Assembly (NCBI GenBank): GCA_965206705.1
Contig: CBDBKJ010000006.1
Location: 1,849,355-1,913,354 of the forward strand
Direction of reading: 5' to 3'
DNA length: 64,000 nt
Source: Vicinamibacterales bacterium
Lineage (GTDB): Bacteria; Acidobacteriota; Vicinamibacteria; Vicinamibacterales; UBA8438
Positions 63,139-64,000 of this stretch are shown here, in pieces (within the stretch, counting starts at the first letter, position 1; every line of letters starts with the position of its first letter). A model generated the notes under the pieces. That model ran no database searches, was not told where the DNA came from, and worked only from the letters and a program-made list of their open reading frames with translations. The position numbers and the translations under genes are program-made.

Positions 63139-64000
63139 TCAGACAGCTTGGCGATGAGCGATTGAGCCGACGAGAGCTGTCGGCGTCCACTCGGCCCCCC
63201 AGAGGTCGATCAGACGCCCCCAGAGGTCGATCGGCCGCCCGACCAGTCCGCAAATCGGCGAAAGAGCCCGCCCCTGCAGCCTCCGGGGCGTGCCGACCCC
63301 CGTCAGACGCCGAAGCAGCAGACCAAGGTTGCACCCAGCCGCCTGGATAAGCACTCGCTTCCGAACATTCTCATGCCCGCGCACCCACACCCGCCGGAGA
63401 CCCCCGGTCTCGTACTCGTGCGCGAACGGTCGCTCCACCAGCTCCCCGCGGCGACGCTGGAGACGACGACCCCGGTCTCCACGAATGCGTCGGCGGTTCC
63501 CATACAGCGCCGCCTGGGCAGCACACTTCTCAGCCGGAGTCTCACCCGTCTTCTTGTCCTGCCAGCAACGCTGACCCCGCTCCGCCTCCGCTATGTAACT
63601 CCGAACCCCAAGCTCCTCAAGCGCCACCAGCGTCGCATCGCTGTGATACCCCTTGTCGGCCACCACCTCTTCGACGCCCTCACCGTCCGGCCGTACCGCC
63701 TCGACTCGTTCCGCCGCCATCGTCAGCGTCTCCGGAAACGTCGCCGTATCGCCCTCCGACGCGTCCTGCACTGTCACCGAGAGGATGGCTCCCGTCTCCA
63801 GGTCGACCCCGTGCTCCGCCTTGTGGGCCAGATGCGTCCGACCGTCCTTCATCTTCGCGATCTTCGCGTCCGGATCCTGAGGAGACTGCCACTCCTTGTT
63901 CGACGTCTTCCTGTCCTTCCGAGACCGGTCACACCGAGCCAACCCCGCGCGTTGGGCGTCTCAATTCCCGATGCCGCCGCCAACCCACGCACGAACGCCT
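63139..64000 (-). mobile_element. Partial IS1182/IS5-like element; the transposase gene runs off the window and is frameshifted near 63960
   Basis: ORF 63139..63942 encodes KMKDGRTHLAHKAEHGVDLETGAIL...VVADKGYHS...RRGELVERPFAHEYETGGLRR (DDE_Tnp_1-type C-terminal half). Upstream, ...GIETPN is in a different frame from ...LARCDRSRKDRKTSNKEW. Confidence 0.75.
63196..63237. repeat. In-frame 21-bp tandem duplication inside the transposase 3' end
   Basis: CCCCCAGAGGTCGATCAGACG / CCCCCAGAGGTCGATCGGCCG encodes ...GRPIDLWGRLIDLWG... on the minus strand. Confidence 0.8.

Noticed and set aside
1-64000. Scan for tRNA, rRNA, tmRNA and obvious riboswitch-like conserved cores (for example T-loop GGTTCGAATCC-type strings).
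   Set aside because: None found by eye. The only TTCGAA-type strings lie inside coding sequence. Absence cannot be proven without covariance-model searches.

Overview
This is a high-GC (roughly 70%) bacterial chromosomal window, almost fully coding, with no rRNA, tRNA or CRISPR array visible. The gene families present (DUF1592/PSCyt plus DUF1552 pairs and many Sec/TAT-exported redox proteins) suggest an Acidobacteriota-, Gemmatimonadota- or Planctomycetota-like organism; that is inference only.

The dominant theme is three paralogous DUF1592 (two CxxCH motifs) -> DUF1552 (TAT signal) gene pairs, at 8897-12678, 37436-41320 and 47970-51850. A decayed fourth DUF1552 copy lies at 33.6-34.1 kb. 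Each intact pair is followed by an exported ankyrin-repeat protein, an ankyrin-cytochrome c fusion, or a class II cytochrome c.

Two of the pairs sit in neighbourhoods that repeat the same extra families. These are a secreted 'YEYACHEGNYG'-motif protein and a carboxypeptidase-regulatory-domain/CxxCH protein. One neighbourhood also has a sulfite-oxidase-family Mo enzyme. I consider this recurrent, uncharacterised periplasmic heme/Mo module the most interesting system in the window.

Other content:
- A PaoABC-like TAT-exported molybdenum hydroxylase flanked by TAT-exported VOC proteins and a secreted epoxide hydrolase.
- A cluster of LolA-like protein, two FtsX permeases, an ABC ATPase and an outer-membrane barrel.
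- An MBL hydrolase, S9 peptidase and deacetylase in a row.
- Five toxin-antitoxin loci (hipBA, phd-vapC remnant, abrB-vapC, mazEF, RHH-PIN remnant).
- A candidate selenocysteine (UxxC) peroxiredoxin-like gene.
- A mobile tail from 59.9 to 64 kb. It holds an IS66-family element whose 8-bp target duplication and inverted repeats I could read directly, inserted into a DUF1330-like gene, and a partial IS1182/IS5-like element that truncates a TA locus.

Many long ORFs in the track are antisense or alternative-frame artefacts of the high GC content and were not called.
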